DNA of 62,125 nt, counting the filler, from Sphacelaria rigidula (taxonomy: Eukaryota), in assembly GCA_964200075.2 (NCBI GenBank). It is 11 parts of 11 records of this genome, joined end to end, with 100 filler letters (N's around TTAATTAATTAA, not from the genome) between each part and the next. Parts side by side here need not be neighbours in the genome. Positions count along the whole stretch, not along the records: positions 33,944 to 39,500 come from CAXNAA020026356.1; positions 39,601 to 45,157 come from CAXNAA020026357.1; positions 45,258 to 50,813 come from CAXNAA020026358.1; 8 more parts are not named here. One strand, 5' to 3'. A program made the position numbers and the translations under genes. The notes beneath the pieces are model-generated. The model was not told where the DNA came from. It ran no database searches and saw only the letters and a program-made list of their open reading frames with translations. This document shows, piece after piece, positions 36,397 to 49,676 of this stretch; position 1 is the first letter of the stretch, and the number at the start of each line of letters is the position of its first letter.

Positions 36397-38744
36397 TATA
36401 TAGATGCCAAACACTCCCATGTTTATGAAAAAAAGGCATTTTATATAGCGAGAAAGAGCTATTTTGAACCCCAAATGTAGCATCGTTCATCTCAGTCCAC
36501 CTGCGGAGGGGTCACTGTCGAGGGTTACAGCGGGGTCCCACTTTAAGGCGGGAAATCGGCCTGCACCAGTGTGTAGGGCGCAAGCCACTTCAATCCTGAG
36601 TCGTAGTTGAAGGCCATCAATTCTTACTTTCACTCGTAGTCAGTATATATATATATAGCATTGTGAGTGGGCCCACACTACAATTAGCTTCGAGATCTAA
36701 TCGGTTGGAACATGGAGGGCTGATCAGACATTCATCGTACAGGCGAGAAGCGGTCTTACCCAAACATGGGAGGTGCAACAGTAGTCACTGTAGATGTATT
36801 ACGATCGTATATACATTTCAACGTCTATAGATGTGTTGCGAAATGAGCGAACACCTGCGGTTTGGTGCCTGGTTTTTCTTCATCCTCACCGCGCACTCTC
36901 ACTACCACACGGCTTGCTTCCGTGCAAGTGTTGCATCGGCACAAAAGCAGTACTTCAGGATCGTGATGGAAATTGTGCGATATTTCTGTGTGCCACTACA
37001 AGCAAAATGAAGGAAGCGGGAATGCACAGACCCTGAGCGATTCGCAATGAGTGACTGAGGTTTTGCCGGCTAAATATCTTGTACTGGTAAAAATGCGCCG
37101 GCCGAACGTTGAGCGTTTCCCCCCTCCCCCGCAAACGGTTATCGTATCGGGCATGCTTTGTTCTCTGTAGGTGATCCTCCGTGTTCAAAGTTCAAAATGT
37201 CAAGAACACTAAACTTTGGCATGCTTGGACTGGAATGCACGCATACAGCGCTCTAATCTATGTTGTCTCTGATGACAGCTCGAGGAGCAGCACAGAGCAC
37301 AGTACAGTAGCAGTATCCTGAGAACAAAATCTCGTGCCCTCGCTCCTATATTCATGCACACCGTGTTTCATTGCGTGCGTCTGCCGTGTCGGCACGCACC
37401 TGCGAAACCAATCCCCTTCTTCAACCTGCGCGCCAAGTACAACCTTGTCTCCACTACGCCGTATAAAACCCCTGACATAATCAGTTTCATCCTCGAGTTT
37501 ATCGAGATAGAGTATCCTCAAGTGCTGAGAGATATGACCATCGAAGTATATCAATCTTGACATTCCTTAGGACATAAGTTTTGACGGTATGACTCGCGGT
37601 GTTTCTAGAGTAAAACGAGGTTGAAGAGAGTCATTTAAGGGGGTGATATACACCGTCATATACAGTGGCGACAAAATCACCCCGTTTTTCAAAACCGAAC
37701 ACGGCGGACTGTCTCTATTCTGACCACAACTCAACTACGGGCACACGACCCTGATGCTCCCCGTTCTAAAACCCACCACGAAGCCACCGAAGAGAGCTTC
37801 CGTCACAGCGTTATTTGGTGATTGCCCCCTGCCTCGAGTCCTCATTCCAGCAGCGACGCTAGCGCGTGATGAAAAACTCCTGTTGTGTCGGCAACTACAA
37901 TTACTGCTGTTGTTGTCGTCATGTCTATCCCAGCGACGATTGCTATCGCTGTGGTGTAGACATCTGCGCTCGCGGCACTGTGCTGGCCTCATACCATAGC
38001 AAATATCGCACATAATCTTACCGTAAAAGGTAGCAGTGGGAGGGGTGCTGCTGCTGGACAACAGTACTGTAATTTTGTGAGGCGAGAGGTAATCGTGTGT
38101 TGAGATGTTTGGGTGCGGGGTGTATGACTTATTCTAACGAAATTTAGGAGATTCCTTCTGTTCAAGATACTCAAAGACGAAGTAAGTACATGCCATACAC
38201 ACAGCAGGCTGGTCACAGCCAAGAACCCGGAAAGTGTCTCCTGGGCGAACAGTGCAGGTCCAGCTCAAACACTTGCAGGTTACACTGCGATTCTGCTCCT
38301 GTGATCTCGGACGGCAAAAGAGGATCAAATACCGTTTTCCTTTCCATTGGTCAACCCCTCGGGCGCGAATTTTTTTCTTTTCGGAACAAAATGACCGGCT
38401 GATCTTTAACGCCGGTAGCCCCGACGCTGTAACTGGGCGGCTTCTTCCTGTTTGCGAGCACCACTCCCGATAACAACATACAGCAAGTGCATTCCGTGGT
38501 CGATGAATCCCTACTGGCCTAATGCTTCGGCCAAATAATCTGTTTTAGACATGTTTTCCAGTAGTTCACCGACGGTCTCTCTGACGGGGTCGACGTCGAA
38601 GGGGTTCAAAAATGGGCTGCATGCCCTCAGATGAGGGTCCATGCAATGGCCAGCAACACACACCGGAGTGCGCCGTGCGCTCTAGTGAATTTACTCGGCC
38701 GTTGTCATAATTTAGAAGTCGTGATTGTCTAGTAGAAACCGAAA

Positions 38745-39194
38745 AAACGATACGATACGTTTTGCAGGGCACCCAGCTATGCATGCTCTTCATCCACCTG
38801 CAGAGGGCTCACGACATCCTGAACCGCACGCTCCTCTGGGAAGTTCTTGCTCGGTTCGGAGTCCCGCCGCGAGTGATCACGGTCATTCCTATGTTTCACG
38901 ACGGCATGCGAGCTCGGGTACAGCTCGATGATGGTGAACTATCAGCGTGGTTCCATGTCTGCCAAGGACTCAAACAAGGGTGCGTTTTTTCCCCGCTGTT
39001 GTTCAACATCTTCGGCGCAACCTTGGATGACGCCATCGTACAGCGGTTCGCGGAGGACCCCTTCAGCGTCTTAGACATGGTATTCCTAAATGATGTGCCA
39101 AAAGTTGACGGTGGTGAGCTTGTGAAAAAGACACCGCTGGAGGAGGTGCGGCGCGCGGTCTAGGCAATGCTATATGCGGATTACACCGACGTAG
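38745..39194 (+). pseudogene. RTE-like LINE reverse-transcriptase fragment
   Basis: FIHLQRAHD..NRTLLWEVLARFGVP...FHDGMRARV...CQGLKQGCVFSPLLFN...*AMLYAD; clearly homologous to 44950-45157. Confidence 0.9.
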
Positions 39195-39484
39195 GACACT
39201 TTCTACGATATTCCCCCCCCCAAAACCACTAAGGCAAGCAACAAATGAGTACGCCCCCCCCCCAAAACCACCTAAAAGTGTCACGAAAAAAATGGCCATA
39301 CAGTACCTGATGTTCGGGTTCAGGCTGCATGACGCGCCTCATATTGGCGACATTAGCTAGAACAAACCCCAGTGTGGAAATTCCCAGCTTCTCGTTGTGC
39401 TTGGCTTTTCCCCTTTCGATTTACGTGGAAATTTTGCCTCCCAAAACCATGCACTTTTGGGGGGGGGCTATCGTAGAAAGTGTC
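39195..39484. mobile_element. MITE with GACACTTTCTACGATA TIRs and 4-bp TSD, inserted in a LINE RT
   Basis: GTAG | GACACTTTCTACGATA ... TATCGTAGAAAGTGTC | GTAG. Confidence 0.9.
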
Positions 39485-39500
39485 GTAGACTCGAGGTGAC

Positions 39501-39600
39501 NNNNNNNNNNNNNNNNNNNNNNNNNNNNNNNNNNNNNNNNNNNNTTAATTAATTAANNNNNNNNNNNNNNNNNNNNNNNNNNNNNNNNNNNNNNNNNNNN
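39501..39600. other. Artificial contig-joining spacer
   Basis: N44-TTAATTAATTAA-N44. Confidence 0.98.
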
Positions 39601-39860
39601 TCTACCTATCAGATCGAGATTTTTGCTTTCCGCCGCACTTTTTCGATCGAAAAACGATGTGCTAATATGGACGTGTCGTAGCACATTAGGTTTCGATCGA
39701 AATTAAGTGGTGGGAAAGGAGAATCCGGATATGTAAGGTCGTAATTTCAACCATCGTCGTTAATTTTGAAGATGGTTGAAATCACGACCTATCAGATCGA
39801 GATTTTTGCTTTCCACCGCACTTTTTCGATCGAAAACTAATGCGCTAAGACAGGCCCCAA
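39601..39860. repeat. Mixed direct/inverted repeat block
   Basis: ACCTATCAGATCGAGATTTTTGCTTTCC.CCGCACTTTTTCGATCGAAAA at ~39604 and ~39787, with a degenerate inverted copy between. Confidence 0.7.
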
Positions 39861-40029
39861 GACACAGCTTTTTTGTGCTTTCGCATACTTGAATTCCCAT
39901 AAATCGTGCGTTTTTGTTTCTCGGTATTTCACACTAAACTCGAGTAATTGTAATAACGCCTCGGCGGGGTTTCCACCTCGAAATGATCCCCTTTTGAACA
40001 AGACGCATCATTGTTTTGGAAATTAAGCA

Positions 40030-40280
40030 TTGATCGATCGATTATTTCACCTTAGATGATTGCAACAATCCAGCCCGTGGTCAGGAGCAGCAAAAAAGAA
40101 CAGAATAAGAAGAAGGAAAGAAGGAAAGAAACAGGAAAAGACAGGAACAACAGCCACAGAAAGGAAAGAAGAAAGGAAGCAACGACAACAGGAAAAAAAA
40201 ACACAAACAACAAACAACAAACAACAGTAACAACAACAGTAACAACAAACAAATACACACACAAACACAAACACAACACA
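40030..40280 (-). repeat. 3' end of the same retroelement family as 10291-10560
   Basis: Shared ATTGCAACAATCCAGCCCGTGGTCAGGAGCAGCAAAAA followed by A-rich low-complexity sequence. Confidence 0.7.
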
Positions 40281-42359
40281 ACCAGATGATTATCTCGCAC
40301 CACGTAGCTGACTACAACACTCCAGCTCGTGATCAGAAAAAAAAAGGAGAGAAATGAAACAAAAGAAAAATAGAAGAATAAAACGCAGAAGAGACGGGAG
40401 TACAGGAGATAAGAAAACAGAGCCACGCCCCGCATACTCGTACGAGTACAAGAAGTGATTGACTAGCTACAACCGTAAGGGTCACCGCAGGGCAGGTGCA
40501 GTCCAGGGCCGCTCTTGTCCTCTGTCTACTGTAATAAGAATTCAAGTTCTGGCGTTCTACCCCGTACTCCTCTGTACTTACTCTGTATTGTTGGTACAAC
40601 ATCGGCTGTCCTCTACACGAACATGTTAACCCTTTTGGAACTGTTGAAGGAAAATTGACGATTTACATTCGACGTTTTTTCGGGCAAGAAATGGTTGGGC
40701 TTTCTACAGACTTTGAGCAAACGATCCGCCAAAAGCGTGTTTGCTGGACCCGTGCGAATGGAATGTGGAAGAAAAGAAGGTTCGAAGGTTCTTTATTTTA
40801 CGGGTATGACGAAGTGTTCGATCCGTCGGTGTTTTCTAACCCCGGCCAGAGTGCACGACTGACCTTTCGTGAAGCAATCTCCACGCCGCACTTGCAGTCG
40901 ATGCTTTGCACCGCATCATAGTAAGCCTGCGCTAAGTTGCAATAACAAGGGCGACACCGACCGCACATTTACCTCAATTATGCCCCCGTCCACTGTCTGT
41001 ATTCGCAGACAGTCACCGTTAGGCTCTGTGGGGATGTGTTCACCTATTCCTCTGTACTGCGTGTGATCATGATATTTTCAACTCATGTCCAGGGTAAACT
41101 CATGTCATGCACGCTGCTGTACTTTGTCGTACGCGTTTACACGACACCATACTGCGGTTTGATCATTCCATAACGGCGACGAGGATGTCATGTACCCCGC
41201 CGTTATACATACTCCTGGTGCAGTGTAGGCGGGGGCCATTACTTCGGCATATCCGATACAGGCTGTCACTTTGTAGGCTGTGATCTTACGGCACATCTCA
41301 ACCTGAGCTTTGTGCTGTACGTTTCCACGACACTTCCTCTATACTGCGGATTGGTCATGTCTGAAAGTTGTACAACCGTACTTTGTGCTGCGTGGAGTGT
41401 ATTACTCCGGCTGGCGCTATCGCGTTTGGACCGTCTGTCCTTGTGGGCGGTGTTGAGGTTTCATGCAATGATATTGCATACTTTCTGTCTTCTGGCATGG
41501 AAGACTGTAACATTGTTATTCAGTTATACTGGACTGTACTGAAGTGTATTCACTGACTGTATTTGTAGTTGGGTTGGGCTGGTTGCGAAAGGCTGTCCCG
41601 GTCGGTTGTCGACCGTTTGCTAGTATATAGCTTGTCTGGACGCTTGCAATCACGTCCACCTGGTGTCTCCTACATAATCCTGCGCGTCTCGCAGCGTCTT
41701 CACTTGCCGCGGTTACTGTGTTGACGTTTGGCAGGCGAGCGGGGGGGGCGGTGTGCGCCGGGGGACAATGGGCTGCCCCAACCGCTCTTGAAGCTTTTTC
41801 AGCGAAACGGCTGGCAGCGTCCTGGCCGTGCCTCTCAGCCACCTTTTCCAGCTGAACGTCAATTAATTGCATATGGGTCGTTCTTCAGCGCTTCCACATG
41901 TGGCGACAGGATTTTCACGTGCTCCGCCATATCGTTGTCGCCGGCCGTATGGCGTGGCTTGCTACGCTCGCCAACTCTTGATGATTCAGCCTACCAAAAC
42001 GGTGCACTACTCTAATTTCAAGTATGCTAGTGAGCCACTCTAAGTTCAAGTATACTAATGTGACGTATTCGTGCACAGAACTCGAATTGAGGTATTTCAC
42101 AGATTCTACTGACAAAAATCACATATATAGGAGCTTGTACTGTTTTGCGATATTTTTGTCTATGCACACAATTGGACACACTTCGCCCGTCGCGTGATAT
42201 CATTGGACAAACCCAACCCGACCGCTGCGAGCTTTCATTTTCGGTACATCCATGACGTGTGCGTCTGAAGTCTTCTTCGGTCATCCACCGTAAAAATGGT
42301 TGCCGTCAGTCGTTTCTGTTTCCATCGTTTCTTCTTTGTCAGGGCTCCTCATAATGAGA

Positions 42360-45157
42360 CGTCTGGCCCGGGACCGGGAGGGGAGGGTTCCAAAAGGCTT
42401 AAATGCTCGACCCGTGATAAACGTATATACCCCCTCTGACTCGGAATACAGGATGGGCCGCCTAAGAAGCGGACGTTCCTTCAGCCGGGTCTAACTGACG
42501 ATCTATCGCGAGTTGTGCCTACTCTGACATACCGTGGTAATCTGCAAATCAACGCACGTCTTTCACTTCACGTAGCACATCCAAAGATCATCCAACGACG
42601 GCGGAGACACGAGCCCGAGCCTCGTATCGACGGGGAGACTAAGTTAAGGCGATAAGAGGCACCACGATCACGAGAGCGGCGGCATGCGGGTAAACGCCAA
42701 AGCACTGGTCTGGACACCGGGGCTATGCAGCAGCGGAGAGCGCAGTGGGGACAGCCTAGACAGGAATGGAGGGGCTGCACATCGCGTGGGTACGCACACA
42801 CCAGGAGCGAAGAAGGAGTAGCGTCGGACAGAGCAGGAGAGTTGCACCTGCCTGTGAAAAAAGACGAGCACCGGGCTAGCCATAGCCAGGAAGTCCAGAA
42901 CGCGATAAAAGTAAAACAAATAGAAGGGCAGAAAAAAAAAGAGGAGGAGGGACCGGGCGAGGCGGAGGCTTGCTAGGAAAGCAGCGCGAGTAGCCCGGGC
43001 GAGACAGCGGAGTCAACTTGTTAAGGTAGCCACTTACGATGTCAGAGCTCTAGCTGTGAAAGGGGCCAACGGATGGGGGTGAGACTACAGCGTCTTGTAC
43101 GAGGCTGCGAGACTTGACATATCGGTGGTAGGACTGCAGCAGACACGAAGGGCGGGGCGAACAGACTGTACAGCAGCAGGGTTCAGAGTCTTCTGCTGTG
43201 GGAGCGAGTCAGGTGGGCAACACGGTGTGGGAATAGCCGTGAAAGAGTCGATTTGCAATAACGCCACCTATACTACTGAGTACGTTGACGAGCGCCTCAT
43301 GGCAATGCGGTTTGAAATGTTGGGGCAGAGCGGAGCGATCAATTTCGTGGTTGCGTATGCACCAACGAAAGTTGCCAAGAACGAAACGAAACAAGCGTTC
43401 TGGGATGGGCTTGACGATCTGGTAGAGCGAATCCCGTCGAGGGAATGTGTGTATGTACTGATGGATGCCGACGCGCAGACGGGGGACAAAATAGGAGAGG
43501 GCTTGGAGGACGAAGGAGTACTAGGCGCCTATGGACGTGATGAGCTGAACGATAACGGCAAACTTCTGCTAACTTTCGCAACCGAGAACAAACTAGCCAA
43601 CACGAACACCTTTAGCACGCGCAGAGGCGGAATCTCGCACACATACAACGGTGTTGTGGGGAATCGCACGAGCGACTTCAAGCGCATAGACTACATCCTT
43701 ACCCGGCAGGCACATCGAGGTAGAGTGCGCAACGTAGGCGTACACCCCCAACCCGCACCCCCGACTAAAGCGGACTCGGACCACAACATGGTGGTGGCCA
43801 CTGTCGACCTCGGTGGCCGCATTGCCCACAATCGCCAAGTACGCACCAAGTCGAAGCAGCGGCAATTCAGGCGACAGCAGCTGCAGACTGTAATGGCAAG
43901 GTGGCACGTGACCGAGAGGTTCCTACATAACATCGCCGAGCAAAACTACCAGCCAATCACCACCGCACAAGCGGCCGCGAAGGAGTTTACCGAAGCTATC
44001 CTCGAAGCAGCGCAGACAGTACTCCCGGAAGAGGCACGGATGCCACGCATGCCGGAATGGTGTGAGAACGCCGGCACGAGAGCAACAGTGGAAGCAGCGC
44101 TTGCCAAACGACGGGAGGTACGCCAACTGATGAAGCATCACCGGGCCCCAGCATCGTGGAAAGCACTCAGAGCCGCGTGTAAGAACGTGCGTACAGCAAT
44201 CGATGACGGCATCTCTGCACATCTGGAGAGGTATGTGGCAAGGCTAGAAGCGATCTACAAAGATCGTGATATGGGAGGCCTGTACAAACACCTCAAGAGA
44301 TCGGTGGGTCTTGGTGGAAGGCAATCCGGGGGGCAGCAGTTCATAAAAGACGAGAACAGCGTCCTACTGTGAAAATAATTGCCATCCTTAAACGGTGGGG
44401 GAGATTCTTCCGTACCCTGCTCAACGCCAAATCGCCCACGCTGAACCCAGCCATCATCGAGGAGGTGAAGCAGCGACCGGCAGGGTCAACCACCGGGGAT
44501 TCAGTACCGCTCGGGGCAGCACCAACACTGGAGGAAACCAGAGGAGCAGTCTCGGGGATGCACAACTGAAAAGCGTCAGGACACGACTCCCTCCCTGTGG
44601 AGCTACTGATGATCGACGGCCGCGCCGAGCCCACCGTCCTCGAACGCTTCCATACCATTCTCGTCGAGGTGTTGGACGGAGAGAAGGTTCCGCAGGAGTG
44701 GAAAGATGCAATCATCAAGGTGCTGTACAAGAAATCGGACCGGTCCAACTGCAATATCTACAGGGGGATCTCTCTGGCATCGCACGCAGGGAAAGGGCTC
44801 CGGAAGATAGTGGCCAGCCGCCTCAGCGACTACTGCGAAACGCACGGGATATTTCCGGAGGAACAGTGCGGCTTCCGACCTGACCGATCGACTGACGACG
44901 TGCTGTTCGTAGTGCGCCGACTCCACGAGCTGGGACGGCGGCGGAAAATACCGCTATACAAGTGCTTCGTCGACCTCCAGAAGGCATATGACTCGGTCGA
45001 CCGAGAGCTTCTGTGGCAGTTACGGGCCCGAGCTGGTACTCCGGATGAGATGATAGCAGTAATCCACCAATTCCACGACGGTACGCAGGCCCCCGTACGC
45101 ATGGACGACGGGGAGCTCTCCGAGTGGTTTGAAGTCACACAGGGGCTGCGACAAGGA
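42360..45157 (+). mobile_element. RTE-like LINE, 5' part (APE endonuclease plus RT start), truncated by contig end
   Basis: VATYDVR, VVGLQQTRR, GVGIAV, VVAYAPT, RIDYILTR, DSDHNMV; RT: EWKDAIIKVLYKK...NIYRGISL...EEQCGFRPDRST...FVDLQKAYDSV...QGLRQG; 5' boundary approximate. Confidence 0.9.
43015..45157 (+). pseudogene. LINE endonuclease-reverse transcriptase ORF, disrupted
   Basis: Stops near 43080, 44370 and 44567, frame change near 44370; GDFN motif degenerate (MDAD). Confidence 0.9.
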
Positions 45158-45257
45158 NNNNNNNNNNNNNNNNNNNNNNNNNNNNNNNNNNNNNNNNNNN
45201 NTTAATTAATTAANNNNNNNNNNNNNNNNNNNNNNNNNNNNNNNNNNNNNNNNNNNN
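45158..45257. other. Artificial contig-joining spacer
   Basis: N44-TTAATTAATTAA-N44. Confidence 0.98.
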
Positions 45258-45645
45258 GCATCTGTAAATGTAGTAGGCGAACAAAAAAGGGTATTTTTTT
45301 GTTCCTCTCCGAGGGGAAAAAAAGTGTCGTTTTTTTTTTTTTTTTTTTTTTAAATCGCGTGAGCCTTCCTGGCAGCAAGCCCCAGTGAAGGCCGGGGCGA
45401 TTGAAAAAAATCAAAGAAAAAACGACACTTTTTTTCCCTCGGAAGGGGGCGAAAAACGGCCATTTTTGGGCCGACTACCTTTTTAGCAGCCGTTCGGCGG
45501 CATGGTTCAAGCACGAGCTGTAGCTTTTGAACACATTTTCTTAACCGAAAAAACATCGTAGAGTTCATTCAAAGAAAAAAAAACGATCGGACAACGTTAA
45601 GGGCCCGTACAAATTTAGGTACCTTCCCTTATGGGACAGAGGAAG
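45258..45645 (+). mobile_element. Right end of a mariner-like element related to 31297-32708
   Basis: Ends CTTATGGGACAGAGGAAG | TA; subterminal sequence resembles 32470-32660. Confidence 0.8.
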
Positions 45646-45856
45646 TATACCATAGATCGCCACAAGACAAAAGAAAGTCCCGGACCGACAAACACACAAG
45701 ATGGATGTAGACATCACATAACAAAGCTGGCTTTTTTTTCCCTTCACCTTTTCCTTTTCCTTATTATTCTGTGTTTTCCCCTTACGTTTTGTCTTTTTCT
45801 TCTTCCTTTTCCTCTTCGTCTAGATTTCTTCCTTCTTCTGTTTTTTTTCTTTCTCG

Positions 45857-46850
45857 CTACTATAACACAGCACGGACATAGACATGAAATAGAGAAGCTG
45901 GCCATCTCTTTTATTTAACCTACCATAACACAGCACGGACATAGGCATGAAATGAAGAAACTAACCATACGTTTTCTTTGACCTACCACAACACAGCCCG
46001 GACATAGGTATATGGAATGACGAAGCTAAACATCCTTTTCTTTAACATACCACAACACAGCCCGGACAGAGATATCGCATGAAGCAGCTAACGATCCCTT
46101 TTCTTCAATTTACCATAACACAGCCCGGACATAGACATGGAATAGAAGAGAAGCTAACCACCCCTTTTCTTGAACCTACCATAACACAGACCGGACATAG
46201 ACATGGCATAGAGAAGCTATCCCTCCTTTTTCTTTATAGCGTACCATGATACAGCCCAGACATAAGCATAGAATAGAGAAACTGACCCTTCTTTTTCTCC
46301 AACCCACCATGATACAGCGCGGACATAGACATGAAATGACGAAGCTAATCATCTTTTTCTTTAACCTACCAGAACACAGCCCGGATGTAGACATGAAATG
46401 ACCAAGCTAAACCTGCTTTCTCTTCAGCCTACGATAACACATTCCAGACAACGACATGAAATAGGGAAGCTGACTATCCTTTTTTTTTGAATCTACCATA
46501 ACACAGCCTGGACATGAACATGGAACGAAACAGGTAATCACCCTTTTTCTTTAACCTACCAAGATACAACCTGGATATAGACAGAAATGAAAAAGCTAAC
46601 AATCCTTTTTCAACAACTTACCAGAACACAGACCGGACATAGACATGAAATGGAGAAGCTAAACATCCTTTTTCTTTAACCTGCCAGAACACAGCCCGGA
46701 CATAGACATTAAATGAAGCAGCTAACCATCCCTTTTCCTTCACCTGTCATGATACAGACTGGATGTAGACACGAAATCGAAAACCTAACCATCCCTTTTT
46801 TTTAACTCACTACAACACAGCACGAATATAGACGTCAAATAGCGAGAAAA
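45857..46850. repeat. ~63-bp tandem array, ~16 diverged copies
   Basis: Approximate consensus CTACCATAACACAGCCCGGACATAGACATGAAATGA.GAAGCTAACCATCCTTTTTCTTTAAC; one more degenerate unit near 45690-45750. Confidence 0.95.
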
Positions 46851-49070
46851 AACATATATATATATATATATATACTTCCCATATCAAGACGGGAATTAGC
46901 CGAGATTCTTCCCTCGAAAGTTTAACAAAGGTCAGACAAGAATGAAACCAAAACCTGGACATGTAGGTGATAACGTGAAGGTTGACCATCTTGCATGCAA
47001 ATCTAGAATACGAAACACATGACAAGTACAGATAGGATGGGGTCATCACCCCTTCATGTTAAATTCACATGGAGGTTGGGGTCTCGCGGTGAGATACCCG
47101 CAAAACCTTTCCAGTTTCCAGTGGGCGGTGGGAATCTGGTCAACCATTTCCAGAAATTTCCGACATTAGGTGCAAAAGGCGCCTAATGAAGGGCAGGGGT
47201 GGACAACGCTTGGCACAAACGTCGAGACCTGCTGCACTGGTGAAATAAACACCTCACCAATGACTGACCTCATGACCTACGAGAACAAACACCGAACGGT
47301 ACGTAGATTTCTTCGAGATCTTGAAGGATAGAAGCTGGTACAAAGTGTGGGGGAATCGTTGGCCAAGCTTTCGGCTGCGAACGTCTACTCGGAAGCATTA
47401 GTGGAGTAGCGACCCATGGTGAACCGTACATGGAGTGGGAAAAGTGATGTACGGGACATCCCGATGTGAGTAAGATATTGTGTTATGCAAGACGTCCTCG
47501 AACGGTGAAAATGACCTCCCTGGAGGAAAGTAACCAGTACAGCAGCGGGGCCAGAAGATAGAAGATACGATTGTGGTACGCCTGGATGATTTCCCATGAA
47601 GATCGCCTGGCACGAACGCGGGGTACTTGTGTCAAAGGTATTAACCTTGGCTTCAGGCTACGAGCCCGTGTTGGTGGCATAATCTAGTGTCGGTGAGCCA
47701 GCAAAAAAACTGAAAGGCACCAGACCCCCAACAAGTACTAGCATTGGGATATCCCAGTACGTTGGCTGCATCCCACCAATACACTCGAAACGAACAAGCT
47801 GGAGGTTCTCTCGAAAGAGATCGAGAGATATATGGTAAGGAAGGGCGGATGGCGGAGTAAAGAGTGGACGGGAAAAACATTAATTGTGCTGGTAGTCCGA
47901 GTTCGTAGCGATATGACGAGAATAATTTTTCGAAGAAAATGTAGTGGAGTTGAACTATACTGTTTGACAAGAGGAAAAGTAGAAAGTGAGGGAGAACACT
48001 TCCGAGTCACGCTGAAACAGAGCGCCAGCAAGGAGTGGAAAATGATAGAGACGAGTTAGGTGTCGGCATGGGTTAGAAGGGTAGGATGGAGAGTATGCAT
48101 AACTAATGGAACAACAAACTGAAGACGTAGTTCACGGGTAAACGGAGGGGGAGAGAGGCAGAAACAGGTGAGAGGTGCCCGGAAGGGGAGGGGGAGAGGA
48201 CATAGCGACCTGAAGCGAATGGAAAAAGGCGAACCGGGAACGGGAAGAGCAATCAAGCAAGGGAGAGTGAAAGTAAAAGCGACGGAGAGAGGACAGTACA
48301 CAACAGAAGAGCAGATAATAATTCGGAAAGGAGGGTAAGAATAGGACGTGTGTGTATTCGCCACAAACAAGCGCAAAAAAATAGAGATAGCGCAACAAGA
48401 AAGAAAACGCGACCTAGATATAGTAGGAATCCAAGAGTTATGAGAGAAGCAGGGGGCAGAAATAGGATGTAAAGTTGAAGAACACGCATGGATAGGGAAG
48501 AAGCGAAGGGGACAGAAGCCCAAGAGCAGGGCAGCGGGGGTAGTAGAGTTCTTAGTCAAGGAATACCTGTGTGGCATTATAGAAGTGATCGACGACACGA
48601 AATTCGACGAGAGCGTATGGGTAAGGGTACCAGGAGAGCGGGGAACGGCGGACTTCTTCGCAGGAAACATCTACACGTCCCCAGAATCGAAGAGTAGGGT
48701 GAACGATATACAGCGGAGGTTTGGAAAGATAACAGCAGATGTACATGAGTATAAAGGCAAGGAGAAGTACTGTTAGTGGGAGATTTCAATGCAAGGGTGG
48801 GAAAAGCAGGTCAACTGGATGACATCATTGGGCAGTACGGGGACGATAAAAAGAACACGAACAGGGTAGAAATGCTCAAGTTCCTTGAGCATAGCGAGAT
48901 GAGGAAGCTGAGCGACAGAGCACAAAATCCAGAGACGCAATGGACATGGACTAGGAAATACAAAGACGAAACAAAACGCTCCGTTCTTGACTATAAAGTG
49001 GTGGAGCATGGAAATAGTAAATAGACGGATGTACCTGTATGCGCGGAGGACGTGGGAACCACAGGTCATT

Positions 49071-49449
49071 GAGACTTTCTACGATAGCCCCCCCCCCAAA
49101 CAAACAAACAAAAGTGCCTGGTTTGGGGAGGTAAAATCTTTGCGTAAACCGAAATGAAAAAGCCGAGCACAACGAGAAGCTGGAAATTCCCACGCTTGGG
49201 TTTGTTCTCGCCAATACCGCCCATATATGAGGCGCTTTATGCGGCCTGAACCCAAACATCAGGCGCTGTATGACTATTCTTTTCGTGACACTTTTGGGCT
49301 GGGTCTGGGGGGGGGGGTTACTCATTTGTTGCTTGCCTTAGTCATTTGACCATTGACCACGCATTCCTTTCGAGACGGAGTGGGGGNNNNNNNNNGTTTT
49401 TTCTTCTCTTGTTCGCCTTGTCGATGTGCACCCTACCCCCGCCTCTTGT

Positions 49450-49482
<33 letters not shown>

Positions 49483-49499
49483 CTATCGTAGAAAGTGTC
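49071..49499. mobile_element. Second copy (inverted) of the GACACTTTCTACGATA MITE; contains a short N gap
   Basis: CATT | GAGACTTTCTACGATAG ... CTATCGTAGAAAGTGTC | TATT; interior is the reverse complement of 39195-39484. Confidence 0.85.
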
Positions 49500-49676
49500 T
49501 ATTGCCTAAGATGGACAGAAAGCCAACAGATGAGAGCTACGAGTAAAAGAAATAGGCAGGGTAGGAATTTGTACAAATGGAGAATCGATACATTAAATAT
49601 GGGAGGAAAACATGAAGAGTTCCAATAAGAGATGGCCAACAATAAATTAAATTTTTCCGAGCTGTTGGAACGCGTA

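Noticed and set aside
29590..45157. A combined recombinase + transposase + reverse transcriptase 'system'
   Set aside because: Explained by nested, decayed transposons and by artificial joining of unrelated contigs.
45857..46850. CRISPR array
   Set aside because: No invariant repeat with unique spacers; whole units are homologous; no cas genes; eukaryotic context.
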